From Candidatus Woesearchaeota archaeon (lineage in GTDB: Archaea; Nanobdellota; Nanobdellia; Pacearchaeales; GW2011-AR1): a stretch of 64,000 bases of DNA. Shown here piece after piece: positions 51,306 to 62,863 of this stretch (position 1 is its first letter; the number at the start of each line of letters is the position of its first letter). Location: contig CAZGQV010000003.1 in the NCBI GenBank assembly GCA_964527365.1, positions 8,668 through 72,667 of the forward strand, given 5' to 3'. The notes below the pieces were generated by a model. The model searched no databases. It was not told where the DNA came from and saw nothing but the letters and a program-made list of their open reading frames with translations. Made by a program: the position numbers and the translations under genes.

Positions 51306-52292
51306 TCATTCCCTCCAACTAACTTCGACTTGATCAGTTCTTTCACGTGGCCGAATATCCAAAACTTCATCTTCTGCATAATTAAAACCAATTCCAGAAT
51401 TAAACATAATTTCCCCCAAGAAAGCAATCATCGCACCATTGTCAACAAGCAAAGATCGAGTAGGAACAAAAAACTTAGCTCCCCTCTCTTCACACATAAT
51501 TTTAGTCATCTCTTGTAAACGAGAATTACAAGCAACCCCTCCCCCCAAAAGTAACTGCTCTTTTCCAACATGCGCTAAAGCTCTTTCGGCAGTTTCTAAA
51601 AGCATTGCAAAAACAGTTTCCTGCATTGAATAAGCCAAATCTTTAAGTTCAAATCCCTTTGAAAGTTTCTGACGAAGATTAGTCAAAATTCCAGAAAAAG
51701 CAACATCCATTCCTTTTACTGAATAGGGAAGTTCAACATAATTTCCTCCAACAGCTTCCTTTTCAATCTTCGGTCCTCCTGGAAACCCGAGTCCCGCATA
51801 ACGGGCAAAATTATCAATAAAATTTCCCACACCAACATCCAAGGTTTCCCCAAAAACACGATATTTGCCTGCCGCATATGCAATCACTTGAGTATTGGCA
51901 CCACTACAATAAAGCAAAACAGGGTCAGTTGCACCAGTCACACGACCAACCTCTAAATGTGCAACACAATGATTAACCGGAACAAGTTTCTTCCCCAATT
52001 TTTTACCTAATTTTTTAGCAAACTTCATACCTTCAATCAAACAAGGAGGTAAACCAGGTCCTCTAGAATAAGCAATAGCATCAATTTCCTCTTCCTTAAT
52101 TTTAGCTTCTTCAAGTGCTTCAGAATAAACTAGATCACAAATTTTACGATGGTGCGCAGCAGAATCCATGGGAATTATTCCCCCCGATTCTGTGGTATAC
52201 ATATCTCTCTTATTAGCAATTACTTCACCATCTCGAACAACACCAATTCCAAAAGTATGTGCAGTTGATTCAATTCCAAGTATTATTGTCAT
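51306..52292 (-). CDS. kae1: t6A synthesis protein Kae1
   Basis: LGIESTAHT, GPGLPPCL, VNHCVAHLE, SGANTQ, GGGVACN, DNGAMIA. Confidence 0.95.
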   Translation of the reverse strand: MTIILGIESTAHTFGIGVVRDGEVIANKRDMYTTESGGIIPMDSAAHHRKICDLVYSEALEEAKIKEEEIDAIAYSRGPGLPPCLIEGMKFAKKLGKKLGKKLVPVNHCVAHLEVGRVTGATDPVLLYCSGANTQVIAYAAGKYRVFGETLDVGVGNFIDNFARYAGLGFPGGPKIEKEAVGGNYVELPYSVKGMDVAFSGILTNLRQKLSKGFELKDLAYSMQETVFAMLLETAERALAHVGKEQLLLGGGVACNSRLQEMTKIMCEERGAKFFVPTRSLLVDNGAMIAFLGEIMFNSGIGFNYAEDEVLDIRPRERTDQVEVSWRE

Positions 52293-52326
52293 AAAAATAA
52301 ATCAAAACAGAAATATATAAAATTAA

Positions 52327-53184
52327 CTAACTAAACTTTTTAATAGAATTCTTCAAAATTTTAATATCCTTCTTCAATCTTTCTTCTTCAACAAGATTTA
52401 ATTTAACATCTTTAATTCCCACCACTTTTCCAGCCTTAATATAAAAAGGTAAACCAATAGAAACTTCTTTTATTCCATAAAAAGGTTTTTCCAATCTTGC
52501 AGAAGTATAAATTAATTCTTTTTTTCCAGAAATAAATTTCTCCAAATATTTTTTAAATTCATTTTCATAAACTGGATAAGGTAATCCTTTTTTACGAATA
52601 TATTTCAAAAGAAGTATATCTACTTTTTTACATAATTTATCATAATCTTTATTCTTTTTTAAATCAAGAAGAGGAATTGTTTTCCCGTGAATTCCTATAA
52701 CTGATATTCTCTTCCCAAGATATTTTGAATATCTACCTATATCCAACTGCAATCCGAATCCAAAAATTTTCTTTCTGGGAAGTTTCTTTTTCAAATAATT
52801 TTCAATTCCATCAACTGGATTCGTCATTAAAATAATTTTTGTTTTCAAAGGGAGTTTCTTAAAAAAAGGTATTAATTTTTTAATTGCCAACAAATTAATT
52901 TCGAGTTCCCTTTGTCTGATTTCATAAGTATTTTTACTTTTTTTAATATTTTTCTTCCTTTCTTTAAATGGAACAGCACACAAAGTTACAATAACATAAT
53001 CAAAATTCAAAAATTGACCTTCCTTAAAAGCTTCTACTTTTTTTCCTCCAATCTCTTTAACTGCACGAATAGAACTTTTCAATGTTCTATTCATAACATA
53101 AACTTTAGAAATCTCCTTTATTTTAGCAATTCCTCGAGCAACAGATTGTCCTGTTCCCCCAGCACCAACAATTAAACACCTCAT
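52327..53184 (-). CDS. Lactate/malate dehydrogenase family protein (divergent)
   Basis: IVGAGGTG, MTNPVD, LDIGR, GIHG. Confidence 0.75.
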   Translation of the reverse strand: MRCLIVGAGGTGQSVARGIAKIKEISKVYVMNRTLKSSIRAVKEIGGKKVEAFKEGQFLNFDYVIVTLCAVPFKERKKNIKKSKNTYEIRQRELEINLLAIKKLIPFFKKLPLKTKIILMTNPVDGIENYLKKKLPRKKIFGFGLQLDIGRYSKYLGKRISVIGIHGKTIPLLDLKKNKDYDKLCKKVDILLLKYIRKKGLPYPVYENEFKKYLEKFISGKKELIYTSARLEKPFYGIKEVSIGLPFYIKAGKVVGIKDVKLNLVEEERLKKDIKILKNSIKKFS

Positions 53185-53394
53185 ACTTGAATAAACAAAA
53201 ATTAACTATATAAAATTAACTTTTGAAAAATTAGATTCTCCTTCCTAAATCACCTCTTCCGACATTTTACACACAGAAACTTTTCCAAGGGTTTTCTGAA
53301 TTCTTGGAAATGTCGTATGAGAACTTCAACCACTCCCTTTCACCCAGAACAAAAACATAAAAAAATAAAAAAATTATTTATAAAAAACGTAAGA

Positions 53395-53736
53395 TTACCT
53401 TCGTTTCTTTTTAACTACTTTCTTCTTGACAGCTTTTCTCTTAACTACTTTCTTTTTAACAACCTTCTTTTTCACAGCAGCTTTTCTCTTAACTACTTTG
53501 TTTTTAACAACCTTCTTTTTAACAACCTTCTTTTTCACAGCAGCTTTTCTCTTAACTACTTTGTTTTTAACAACCTTCTTTTTAACAACCTTCTTTTTCA
53601 CAGGTTTCTTCTTAGTAGCTTTCTTCTTTTTACCACCTCTAGCCATTTTAGCTTCACATACATTTCCTTTTCCGTCAACGTAATAAAGATGTCCTGGCTT
53701 TCTGTCAACAACATTTTTAACAATTATTTTTCCCAT
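53395..53736 (-). CDS. CC1-like chromatin domain fused to a histone-H1-like Lys/Val tail
   Basis: RKPGHLYYVDGKGNVCEAKMARGGKK, then (KKKVV)n; AGGAGG SD. Confidence 0.65.
   Translation of the reverse strand: MGKIIVKNVVDRKPGHLYYVDGKGNVCEAKMARGGKKKKATKKKPVKKKVVKKKVVKNKVVKRKAAVKKKVVKKKVVKNKVVKRKAAVKKKVVKKKVVKRKAVKKKVVKKKRR
53450..53603. repeat. 63-bp tandem repeat (about 2.4 copies) encoding KKKVVKKKVVKNKVVKRKAAV
   Basis: aaccttctttttcacag recurs at 53461, 53524 and 53587. Confidence 0.85.
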
Positions 53737-53814
53737 TATTAACTTCCTCCTTTTTACTAACTTATTTTTATGTTCCATAAAGAACATTAAATATACAATA
53801 ATTATACAAAATAC

Positions 53815-54174
53815 CTATTTAAATGTTTCTTCCTCGTCGATAAGATTCAAAACCTCGTCGTATTCCTGCTTAATTGGAATTTCAATTAATTTCGTAAATT
53901 TTCTCGACGGTAAAATGTTAAAAGAAAAAGGCTTAACTTTTTTTATGCTTACTACTTTTTCATTTTCATCTAACCAAATAACAAAAAAATCATAAAAAAC
54001 AAACAAAGAATGTATCGCCATTTTTAGGGGTTTATCAAAAGAGAACAGTAGAGCTTTTGCGTTTTTTTTTCTGGAAAACATAAGTCCAATACCTTCAAAC
54101 CACCAAGGAACTACCTTAACTTTAATTTTTATTTTTTTATTTTTGTAATTGAAACCAATTAATTTTTGTATCAT
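53815..54174 (-). CDS. DUF192 family protein
   Basis: GLMFS, LLFSF, IHSLFVF, IWLDEN, IEIP. Confidence 0.8.
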   Translation of the reverse strand: MIQKLIGFNYKNKKIKIKVKVVPWWFEGIGLMFSRKKNAKALLFSFDKPLKMAIHSLFVFYDFFVIWLDENEKVVSIKKVKPFSFNILPSRKFTKLIEIPIKQEYDEVLNLIDEEETFK

Positions 54175-54541
54175 TTTTTCTACATCCCAAATAAACCACG
54201 TAACATTTATTTACATTTTTATCTGTAACCACGTCGTGGTGCTTAAAGCCCCCTCCAAAACTTTCTGGAATATGCATCAATTCATGAATCACAACTTTAA
54301 CTTTTTCTTCAGTAGACATAATATTAAATTTTTCACCTAAAAACTCAAGAGCATAAAATGCATCCACACCCATTGCCAACTGCATTAATTTGCCCAATGC
54401 ATGGCACCTTGCAATAGTTTGTTTTGTTGAAGAACCATAACTTCTAAAACATTTTATTCTATCAATTTTTACATGAGGAAAAACTCGCCTAGAAACATCT
54501 TCTGCTAACACTTGTAAACTTGGAGAAAATTCATATTTCAT
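54137..54541 (-). CDS. Putative metallopeptidase (HExxH)
   Basis: TIARCH, VIHELMHIP..FGGG.KHH. Confidence 0.8.
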   Translation of the reverse strand: MKYEFSPSLQVLAEDVSRRVFPHVKIDRIKCFRSYGSSTKQTIARCHALGKLMQLAMGVDAFYALEFLGEKFNIMSTEEKVKVVIHELMHIPESFGGGFKHHDVVTDKNVNKCYVVYLGCRKNDTKINWFQLQK

Positions 54542-54574
54542 AAAGAATAAAAAGAACTATCCATTTTAAACATT

Positions 54575-55111
54575 ATGATAACAAAAATAACTCCCAAAAT
54601 AACCTCCTTTGAATTTAAAAATTTTGGATCAATCGTTTACTTAATTCAATTAAAAAACCAAAACATCTTGATAGATACATCAAGTAAAGAAAATAAAGAA
54701 GAACTTCTCTCCGCCCTCTCTTCACTTAATCTTAAAACAGAAAACATCACAACAATAATTTTAACACATGGACATTACGATCACATAGAAAATATTAATC
54801 TCTTCACAAAAGCTAAAATATATTCTGATGCAAAAGAAGCAATAATGTACAATAACAACATAATTGATTTCTCTAAAGTTCTACCAATAAATGAACAACC
54901 AATTAAAGAATTTGAAATTTACAAAACCCCTGGCCACACAAACGGAGATATTGTAATTCTTTACAAAAACATCCTATTCAGTGGAGATGTAATTTTTCAC
55001 AACGGGTACATTGGAAGAACTGATCTTCCAGAAAGCGATCAAGAACAAATGCAAAAATCTCTTGATTTTATAAAAAACTTAAAATTTGATATTTTATGTC
55101 CTGGACATTAA
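54575..55111 (+). CDS. Metallo-beta-lactamase fold hydrolase
   Basis: THGHYDH, TPGHT, FSGDV, PGH. Confidence 0.9.
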   Translation: MITKITPKITSFEFKNFGSIVYLIQLKNQNILIDTSSKENKEELLSALSSLNLKTENITTIILTHGHYDHIENINLFTKAKIYSDAKEAIMYNNNIIDFSKVLPINEQPIKEFEIYKTPGHTNGDIVILYKNILFSGDVIFHNGYIGRTDLPESDQEQMQKSLDFIKNLKFDILCPGH

Positions 55112-55181
55112 TGTCCATAATTCTCGCACCCTCTGATATCCGGGCCATTAAATTTAAATATTCCTTCCAACATAAAAAATA

Positions 55182-55502
55182 ATGGGAAAAAATTCTTCAA
55201 AAAAATTAGAACAAAGATTAGAAAAATTATTTGATTTAAAGAAAAAATATCCCTCTCTAAATTACATCCCAACATTAAATAACATATTAGAAGATTCAAA
55301 AAATCTTCATCCTCCTGAAAAAGAAGAATTTATTTATTATTTAATACCAAAAATATCTGAACTATATCAAACATTACAATGCCACAAAGAAACAGGAGAC
55401 ATAAAAGAATTTAAAAAAATAAAAAAACAACCAACAAAAAAATATTCAAAAATAATTAAATCAACCAATAAACAAGAATTAGCTGATGACATAATATACT
55501 AA
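55182..55502 (+). CDS. Hypothetical protein
   Basis: 106-aa ORF with TTTAAATA upstream. Confidence 0.5.
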   Translation: MGKNSSKKLEQRLEKLFDLKKKYPSLNYIPTLNNILEDSKNLHPPEKEEFIYYLIPKISELYQTLQCHKETGDIKEFKKIKKQPTKKYSKIIKSTNKQELADDIIY

Positions 55503-55687
55503 TCCTCCTTTTCTAAAATTTATCCTAAGCATCATTCTTAGCCCAGGAATAAAATCTATTATCCATTGCCGCTGGCAGATATTAACAGTTCAACTTCTTA
55601 CAAAAGATAACATCAATTTATTGTCTTGCCATAGGTCATTAACTTTTTTCTTATTAATTCTAGCATTAGCTAGCAATTCTTTAAAAA

Positions 55688-56098
55688 TTATTCTTCATCT
55701 TCTTCTTTTTCAACTACTTCATGTCTTCCAGTCTTGAAAACTTTTTCAATATATTCATCAACATCTTCCATACTATTAAAACGATATAATTCTTCATACT
55801 TATTATGCTGCGGACATTGATCAATAGTAAAATCTTTACAAATTTGGGGTCGTAAAACTTCAGAATTTTTTACAAAACCTTCATGAATAGAACATTTTTC
55901 CCCATCCAAATATTTACAAGGAGTAATAAATTCAATATTCCAAACCCCATCCTCTTCAACATAAACAGAAATATTTTCGTGAGCCAAATACCATCGAATA
56001 TTTTGGAAATCTTCAAGTTCTTCAGGACAATCTAATTCCATTGCAACATATTTACAACACTTAGCTCCACAACTATTACAACTTTTATTTATGTTCAT
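55688..56098 (-). CDS. YkgJ-family Cys-cluster protein
   Basis: CNSCGAKCC, CKYL..CSIH..RPQIC. Confidence 0.85.
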   Translation of the reverse strand: MNINKSCNSCGAKCCKYVAMELDCPEELEDFQNIRWYLAHENISVYVEEDGVWNIEFITPCKYLDGEKCSIHEGFVKNSEVLRPQICKDFTIDQCPQHNKYEELYRFNSMEDVDEYIEKVFKTGRHEVVEKEEDEE

Positions 56099-56133
56099 GA
56101 CGAGAAAAAGAATAAATTAATTTTTAAATGTAC

Positions 56134-57318
56134 CTATTTAATTAGAATTTCTATGGCATCTCTTGGCTGTAATTTGTATTCTTTTCCCAAAATTCTTTTT
56201 GTTTTTGCATTTATAGCTTTAATAAAATTATTTCCAAAATCTGTATGCAAAAAGAAAGCAAAATCTAAAGCAGTTGAACCAGGTGGCAATAAAAAACAAT
56301 CTGGAAGAATATTTCCTTTACTATCTCCTAATTTATTTGCAGAAGCAGGAAAAATTGGAAGATATCCAAGTAAATCAAAAACTGTAATATTTAAAATTTC
56401 TTGAACCCCTGTTCCTTTTTCATATTTAGTCAAAACATTTTCTTTAATTTTATTTAATGCTTCTAACTGCTTAGGATTCAAATCTTTTAAAATTTTAAAA
56501 TCTCGTTCTCCAGGAATATATTCAATCATTTCTGCTTTTGCTGCTTGTCTTAAAGCTAATTCAGAATCAGCCGAACAAGGAATAATAATTAAATCTGGAA
56601 ATTCTTTTTTTATTCTTTCATAATTATCTTTACCTTCTAAAATATCAATTTTATTTGCAGCAATAATCATGGGTTTAGAAATGCTTCTCAATCCAGTTGC
56701 AAATTTTATTAATTCCTCGTCTGACCAAGAACTGCATTTTCCAGGAAGATTCAATTTTAATAAAACACTAGTTATCTGATCCTCACTAATTTTTAATCCA
56801 GAAAATTGTTTATAAACAGCCCCACTTAACTTACGCCCCTCCATATCAACTTTTCTAGAAAAAGTTGGCCAAGCTTTCATTAAAATATTATAATACCATT
56901 TATTAAGTTCATCTTCTAAAAACCGAATATCTTCTGCCGGATCATGATCTTCCACAGGTTTACCTTCAATGTCTGTAGTTCCAGAAATATCCACAATATG
57001 AATAAAAGCATTAGCCTCACGTAAATCATTCAAGAATTGGTTTCCAAGCCCTTTCCCTTCGCTAGCTCCAGGAACAAGTCCCGCAACGTCCATTAAATCA
57101 ATTGGAACAAATCTATTCCCCTTAATACAAAAACCATGATTAGGATTACATTTTGTATTAAATTCTTCTTCAATACATTTAACCTTAACATAAGCAACTC
57201 CATGATTCGCTTTAATTGTTGTAAAAGGATAAGAAGCTATTTCTACTTCAGCTAAAGTTGCAGCTTTAAAAAAAGTTGATTTTCCTACTGAAGGTTTTCC
57301 CACAAGTCCAATTAACAT
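56134..57318 (-). CDS. ychF: Obg-family ATPase/GTPase YchF (archaeal type)
   Basis: GKPSVGKST, YPFTT, DVAGL, NKID, C-terminal TGS. Confidence 0.92.
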   Translation of the reverse strand: MLIGLVGKPSVGKSTFFKAATLAEVEIASYPFTTIKANHGVAYVKVKCIEEEFNTKCNPNHGFCIKGNRFVPIDLMDVAGLVPGASEGKGLGNQFLNDLREANAFIHIVDISGTTDIEGKPVEDHDPAEDIRFLEDELNKWYYNILMKAWPTFSRKVDMEGRKLSGAVYKQFSGLKISEDQITSVLLKLNLPGKCSSWSDEELIKFATGLRSISKPMIIAANKIDILEGKDNYERIKKEFPDLIIIPCSADSELALRQAAKAEMIEYIPGERDFKILKDLNPKQLEALNKIKENVLTKYEKGTGVQEILNITVFDLLGYLPIFPASANKLGDSKGNILPDCFLLPPGSTALDFAFFLHTDFGNNFIKAINAKTKRILGKEYKLQPRDAIEILIK

Positions 57319-57346
57319 ATTAAAGAAATAAAATAAGAGTTTTTAA

Positions 57347-58828
<1,482 letters not shown>

Positions 58829-58865
58829 TAAAATAATAAAGAAATATTCTTTTTAATAGTTACTT

Positions 58866-59453
58866 TTAACAACTTTCACCTGAAGAAATTCCTCTAAAAG
58901 AAAGTGTGTTATTATAATCTCCAGAAGGTTGAGCCGCAGGAATATCTAACCAAAACCTATAATAATTATTAGACGCGGGATTAATATTTTGTCCACATTT
59001 AACAGAACTTAAAGTGAAAGCTGTTTCATTTGATATAGAAGGCAAAGTCATATTTGATTCATTTGAACAACTATATGATTCATTTCCTAATTCTAAAACA
59101 TCTAAATATTGATTAGTTAACGCTGTATTCGCCCGAAGACAAAAATCAACAGCAGTATTTCCATCAGAAGAAACTAAAATATAATAATTAGTCAAATTAT
59201 TGGTCACATTATAATTTTCTGAACCATTTATATTTGATACGGGTAAAATACTAACATTTCCAAATAAAATTCCATTAGATAATGCTGGACTAAATTCTAT
59301 AGAAATTGATTTTGAAATTGTAACATTGGAATAAACATCTCCCTCAACAACATTTCCCTGTATAAAAAAATTATTTTCTAAAAAAAGAAAACTAATTGCA
59401 AAAACTAAAATAATTATCATTATAACAGTAAATGAATTAAAATTCCTCTCCAT
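58866..59453 (-). CDS. Surface subunit with QPSG-Y domain (paralog 1)
   Basis: N-terminal TM; YYRFWLDIPAAQPSGDYNN; many N-x-S/T sites. Confidence 0.75.
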   Translation of the reverse strand: MERNFNSFTVIMIIILVFAISFLFLENNFFIQGNVVEGDVYSNVTISKSISIEFSPALSNGILFGNVSILPVSNINGSENYNVTNNLTNYYILVSSDGNTAVDFCLRANTALTNQYLDVLELGNESYSCSNESNMTLPSISNETAFTLSSVKCGQNINPASNNYYRFWLDIPAAQPSGDYNNTLSFRGISSGESC

Positions 59454-59466
59454 AATAATTAGATAC

Positions 59467-60102
59467 CTATTTCCTTTTTTTAATTTTCTTTTTAAAAGTT
59501 CTTTTAGTAAATTTTCTTTTATTCAAAATATTAACTAAAAGTAAAATTCCAGCAATTAAAGCAATTGCGAGATAAACAAGACTATAATTTCTTTTGTGAG
59601 CAATACATTGAACTTTAATATTAATTGGTGCAGAAACAGACATTTGTGTTTTTGATCCACCACTTCCACCCTTTACCACTTCTTCCTCAGTTAATTCAAT
59701 TACTTCTACTTCTCCCTTAAAATTTTGCATTTCTTCAAGACAATCTTGTTTACAAATTAAAAAACCAAATAATGCACAATCTTTTTCATAAACAGTTGGA
59801 GTTTTAAAACAAAATGTAACAGGCATAGCTTCTTCACTAGATGTTTCTGCAGGTACAAACTTTGTTTCAGCTTCAGCAGAATCTAAAATATTTAATAATT
59901 CATCAGAGAGTTGAATTTGAACATATGAATCTTCTGGCCAAGGATTATAAACTTTATATGTTAAACAAGTTTTTGTTCCTTCAGGTACTAAACTTGATTC
60001 TCTATCCCAACTAATTCCAACACCAGCCGACACCATTGGTAAAACCAGCATAGCTATAAAAATAAATCCCACTATTCCCCTCATTTTTTTATTACACCTC
60101 AT
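59467..60102 (-). CDS. Secreted Ig-like protein with C-terminal TM anchor
   Basis: Signal peptide ..VSA/GVGIS, TM plus basic tail. Confidence 0.7.
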   Translation of the reverse strand: MRCNKKMRGIVGFIFIAMLVLPMVSAGVGISWDRESSLVPEGTKTCLTYKVYNPWPEDSYVQIQLSDELLNILDSAEAETKFVPAETSSEEAMPVTFCFKTPTVYEKDCALFGFLICKQDCLEEMQNFKGEVEVIELTEEEVVKGGSGGSKTQMSVSAPINIKVQCIAHKRNYSLVYLAIALIAGILLLVNILNKRKFTKRTFKKKIKKRK

Positions 60103-60136
60103 TTTTTTAATAATTGATTCTCTTTAATAAATTTAA

Positions 60137-60724
60137 TTAACATGAAAGTCCAGTTGTTACTCCCTTGAATGATACTGAATTATTATAATCTCCCGAAGGC
60201 TGTGCTGCAGAAATATCTAACCAAAATCTGTAATAATTATATCCTGCAGGAGCAATACTATTTCCTGATTTAACATAACTTGTCGTCATTGAAACTTGAT
60301 TCGCTAATTCGGGAACGGTGACACTAGTAGTTGTAGCATTACTATATGTTTCATTTCCAAGTCCAATAACCTCTAAAGCAAGACTTGTTAAACCAGCATT
60401 TGCTTTTGTACAAAAATCTATATTTGTGTTGCTATCAGCAGAAACAATTGTACAATAAGTTGTTGCACTAGAAGCTCCATCATAGTCATGTGTTGCATTA
60501 ATATTATTGGCAGGCAATGTATCTACACTACCAAAATAAATACCTTCACTTAAATTAGTGCAAAAATTTATTGCTAAATATTTTTCAATTGTAACATTTG
60601 AAGTTGTACTTCCTTCAGTCGCATGACCTGTAATTGCATTTACATTTTCAAAAAATAAAAATACTAAAGAAAGAACTAATACTGCAATTAAAATTACTTT
60701 GTACCAATTTTTTTCCCTTTCCAT
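60137..60724 (-). CDS. Surface subunit with QPSG-Y domain (paralog 2)
   Basis: TM + ITGHA; YYRFWLDISAAQPSGDYNN; likely start MEREKN. Confidence 0.75.
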   Translation of the reverse strand: MEREKNWYKVILIAVLVLSLVFLFFENVNAITGHATEGSTTSNVTIEKYLAINFCTNLSEGIYFGSVDTLPANNINATHDYDGASSATTYCTIVSADSNTNIDFCTKANAGLTSLALEVIGLGNETYSNATTTSVTVPELANQVSMTTSYVKSGNSIAPAGYNYYRFWLDISAAQPSGDYNNSVSFKGVTTGLSC

Positions 60725-60783
60725 TAACCTTTTCACATGATGATTATTTATAAATGTTTTTGATTTGCAGAACTCCAATTTAA

Positions 60784-62859
60784 CTAAACAGCTTGGCCAT
60801 TACGAACAGCCTTGAATTGTAAATTATTTTTATAAACTCCTGCCGGTTGTGAAGCTGGAGCATCCAAGTAAAATTTCATATAAACCATGGAAGTTGCAAT
60901 ATTTTGTGCAATTAAAACATAGTTTGTCGTCATAGTAACTTTGCTAGGTGCTGTTACATTCGAATCATTCAAACTTATTGCATAAGTTTCATTTGCAAGC
61001 CCTAAATTATCCAAAGCCAAATTAAACAAATCACCATCAGCCCTAACATAAATATCGACAAGTGTGTTCGTTGCAGAAACATTCAAATAATAATCAGTAG
61101 AATCATTTAAATTATTCCCAATAGCATCCAAATCATCAGCAGGTAAAGTCAATAAATCCCAAAGGACCCCCTCTGAAAGTTCCTCAGACATAGAAATAGA
61201 AATTGCAGCCTCGTTCTCAATTGAAAAATTTACATAAGTAGAATTCCAATTTGAAGAAGTATCGCTACAATAATACCATAAACCATGATCTCCTGGCCCC
61301 AAAGTTATATCTAAATAAGTAAAATGTGTAACATTAGTTTGATTCATTGTAACATTACCATTCAAATCTAAATTGTATAAACACATGCTCCCTGGCTCAT
61401 TTAATGAAACATTAAAGAAAATATTTAAAATGGTATAATTGTTATTATTAATTGGGCTTTCAACATAAATTATTGGGGGAGTAATATCAATGATTTCCAA
61501 TTCATTTGAATCAATTGCATTAGAAGAATCACTAAGATCATAAACTTTCATCGAACATTTCCAAATATCTCCCAATGTTAAATTTCCATTTCCTAAAATA
61601 GAACCCAAAGTTGTTCCATTATTAATTCCGGTATGATTAACAATTAATTGTGAAACATTATTTTTTGAAAAATTAACTTCCACCGTCAACGAATCATTAT
61701 TATCAGCATCACTAATAAATCCCGTACAATTCAAATCAGTATCACTTTCATTTCTTCCATTCAAAGAATATAAATTAACAGAAGTTGGATCAATCGGAAC
61801 AGCATTGATAATTGTGAGTTCATTACTTAAAACTGTTAACCCATCGCCAAAAACATCGTTAGGTGTTGCTGCAACTTGCCAAGTTTCTCCCATCACTGTT
61901 TCTTGTGAAACCAATTTTTCCGAATGATGTCCAGCTAAACCTGCTTGATAATTTGTTTGAATTTGTTCCAGAGATAAAACCTTATCAAATATTTGAACTT
62001 CATCAAGTGAACCATTAAAATAATATCCGTCATGAAGTTTACCAACATAAACAGGATTTGTTGAAGAGAAAATATCTCCTACAGCATCATCATTAATTGT
62101 AACCCCTTGCTCAACTCCATTAAAATAAATTTTCTTTACAAAATTATTATACTTAACAACCACATAAGTCCATTGATTTGAATTCAAAGTCGAAGTAGAA
62201 GTAAATCTAATTTTACTTGAACCCAAATTTGTTCCTTCAAATCTCACTTGATTATTCGTTAAATGAACATTCCATTCAACCCCTCTATTTTTATCAACGA
62301 TTCCCGCAATTTGAGATTCGAAAGGATTAATCCAAAAACTAATTGTCAATTCAGACATTCCCTTCAAACTACTACTGTCATCAATATTAATATAATCATT
62401 AACTCCATCAAATTCATAACATCCACCAACCTGACAATCTGAACTCCATATCGGAACATTACTTGTAACTCCAGCTCCAAGAGTCCCATTATTTTCATAA
62501 GTTGAATAATCCCTCACATTTCCTTTAACTTTCCTTGTATCAAAAGGCATATTCAAAACAGCAATAGAATTTCCCTCAACCCTCCAATCAGTTATATTTG
62601 TTATTGCATCTTCGTCGTCATCAATTGAATCATAACTTATACTCAAATTTTCATTTGTAGTATCCGTCCCACTTGAAGAAGTCAAAATCAAATTTGATAA
62701 AACAGGCAAAACATTTGTTGAAAAGAAAAATCCTTCCAAATAAGTATTGGGATTAATGATAAAATTATTACTTCCCCCAGAATTTATCGAAAGAATATCT
62801 GCAGAAACCAAAGAAAATAACAAAATCATTCCAATAATTATAAAATATTTTAGTTTCAT
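60784..62859 (-). CDS. LamG/ConA lectin + Ig-like + C-terminal QPAG-Y domain surface protein
   Basis: FDGVNDYI, TISFWI, FNGSLDEVQIF (LamG); C-terminal MKFYLDAPASQPAGVYKNNL. Confidence 0.8.
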   Translation of the reverse strand: MKLKYFIIIGMILLFSLVSADILSINSGGSNNFIINPNTYLEGFFFSTNVLPVLSNLILTSSSGTDTTNENLSISYDSIDDDEDAITNITDWRVEGNSIAVLNMPFDTRKVKGNVRDYSTYENNGTLGAGVTSNVPIWSSDCQVGGCYEFDGVNDYINIDDSSSLKGMSELTISFWINPFESQIAGIVDKNRGVEWNVHLTNNQVRFEGTNLGSSKIRFTSTSTLNSNQWTYVVVKYNNFVKKIYFNGVEQGVTINDDAVGDIFSSTNPVYVGKLHDGYYFNGSLDEVQIFDKVLSLEQIQTNYQAGLAGHHSEKLVSQETVMGETWQVAATPNDVFGDGLTVLSNELTIINAVPIDPTSVNLYSLNGRNESDTDLNCTGFISDADNNDSLTVEVNFSKNNVSQLIVNHTGINNGTTLGSILGNGNLTLGDIWKCSMKVYDLSDSSNAIDSNELEIIDITPPIIYVESPINNNNYTILNIFFNVSLNEPGSMCLYNLDLNGNVTMNQTNVTHFTYLDITLGPGDHGLWYYCSDTSSNWNSTYVNFSIENEAAISISMSEELSEGVLWDLLTLPADDLDAIGNNLNDSTDYYLNVSATNTLVDIYVRADGDLFNLALDNLGLANETYAISLNDSNVTAPSKVTMTTNYVLIAQNIATSMVYMKFYLDAPASQPAGVYKNNLQFKAVRNGQAV

Positions 62860-62863
62860 TTTA

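Noticed and set aside
53317..53742. Plus-strand ORFs with FLTT/NNLLF repeats
   Set aside because: Antisense shadows of the Lys/Val repeat gene
55092..55146. 16-bp palindrome tggacattaatgtcca and GC patch at the MBL gene stop
   Set aside because: Half of it is coding (PGH*), and it lacks the 11-6-11 layout of a Xer dif site; probably terminator-like
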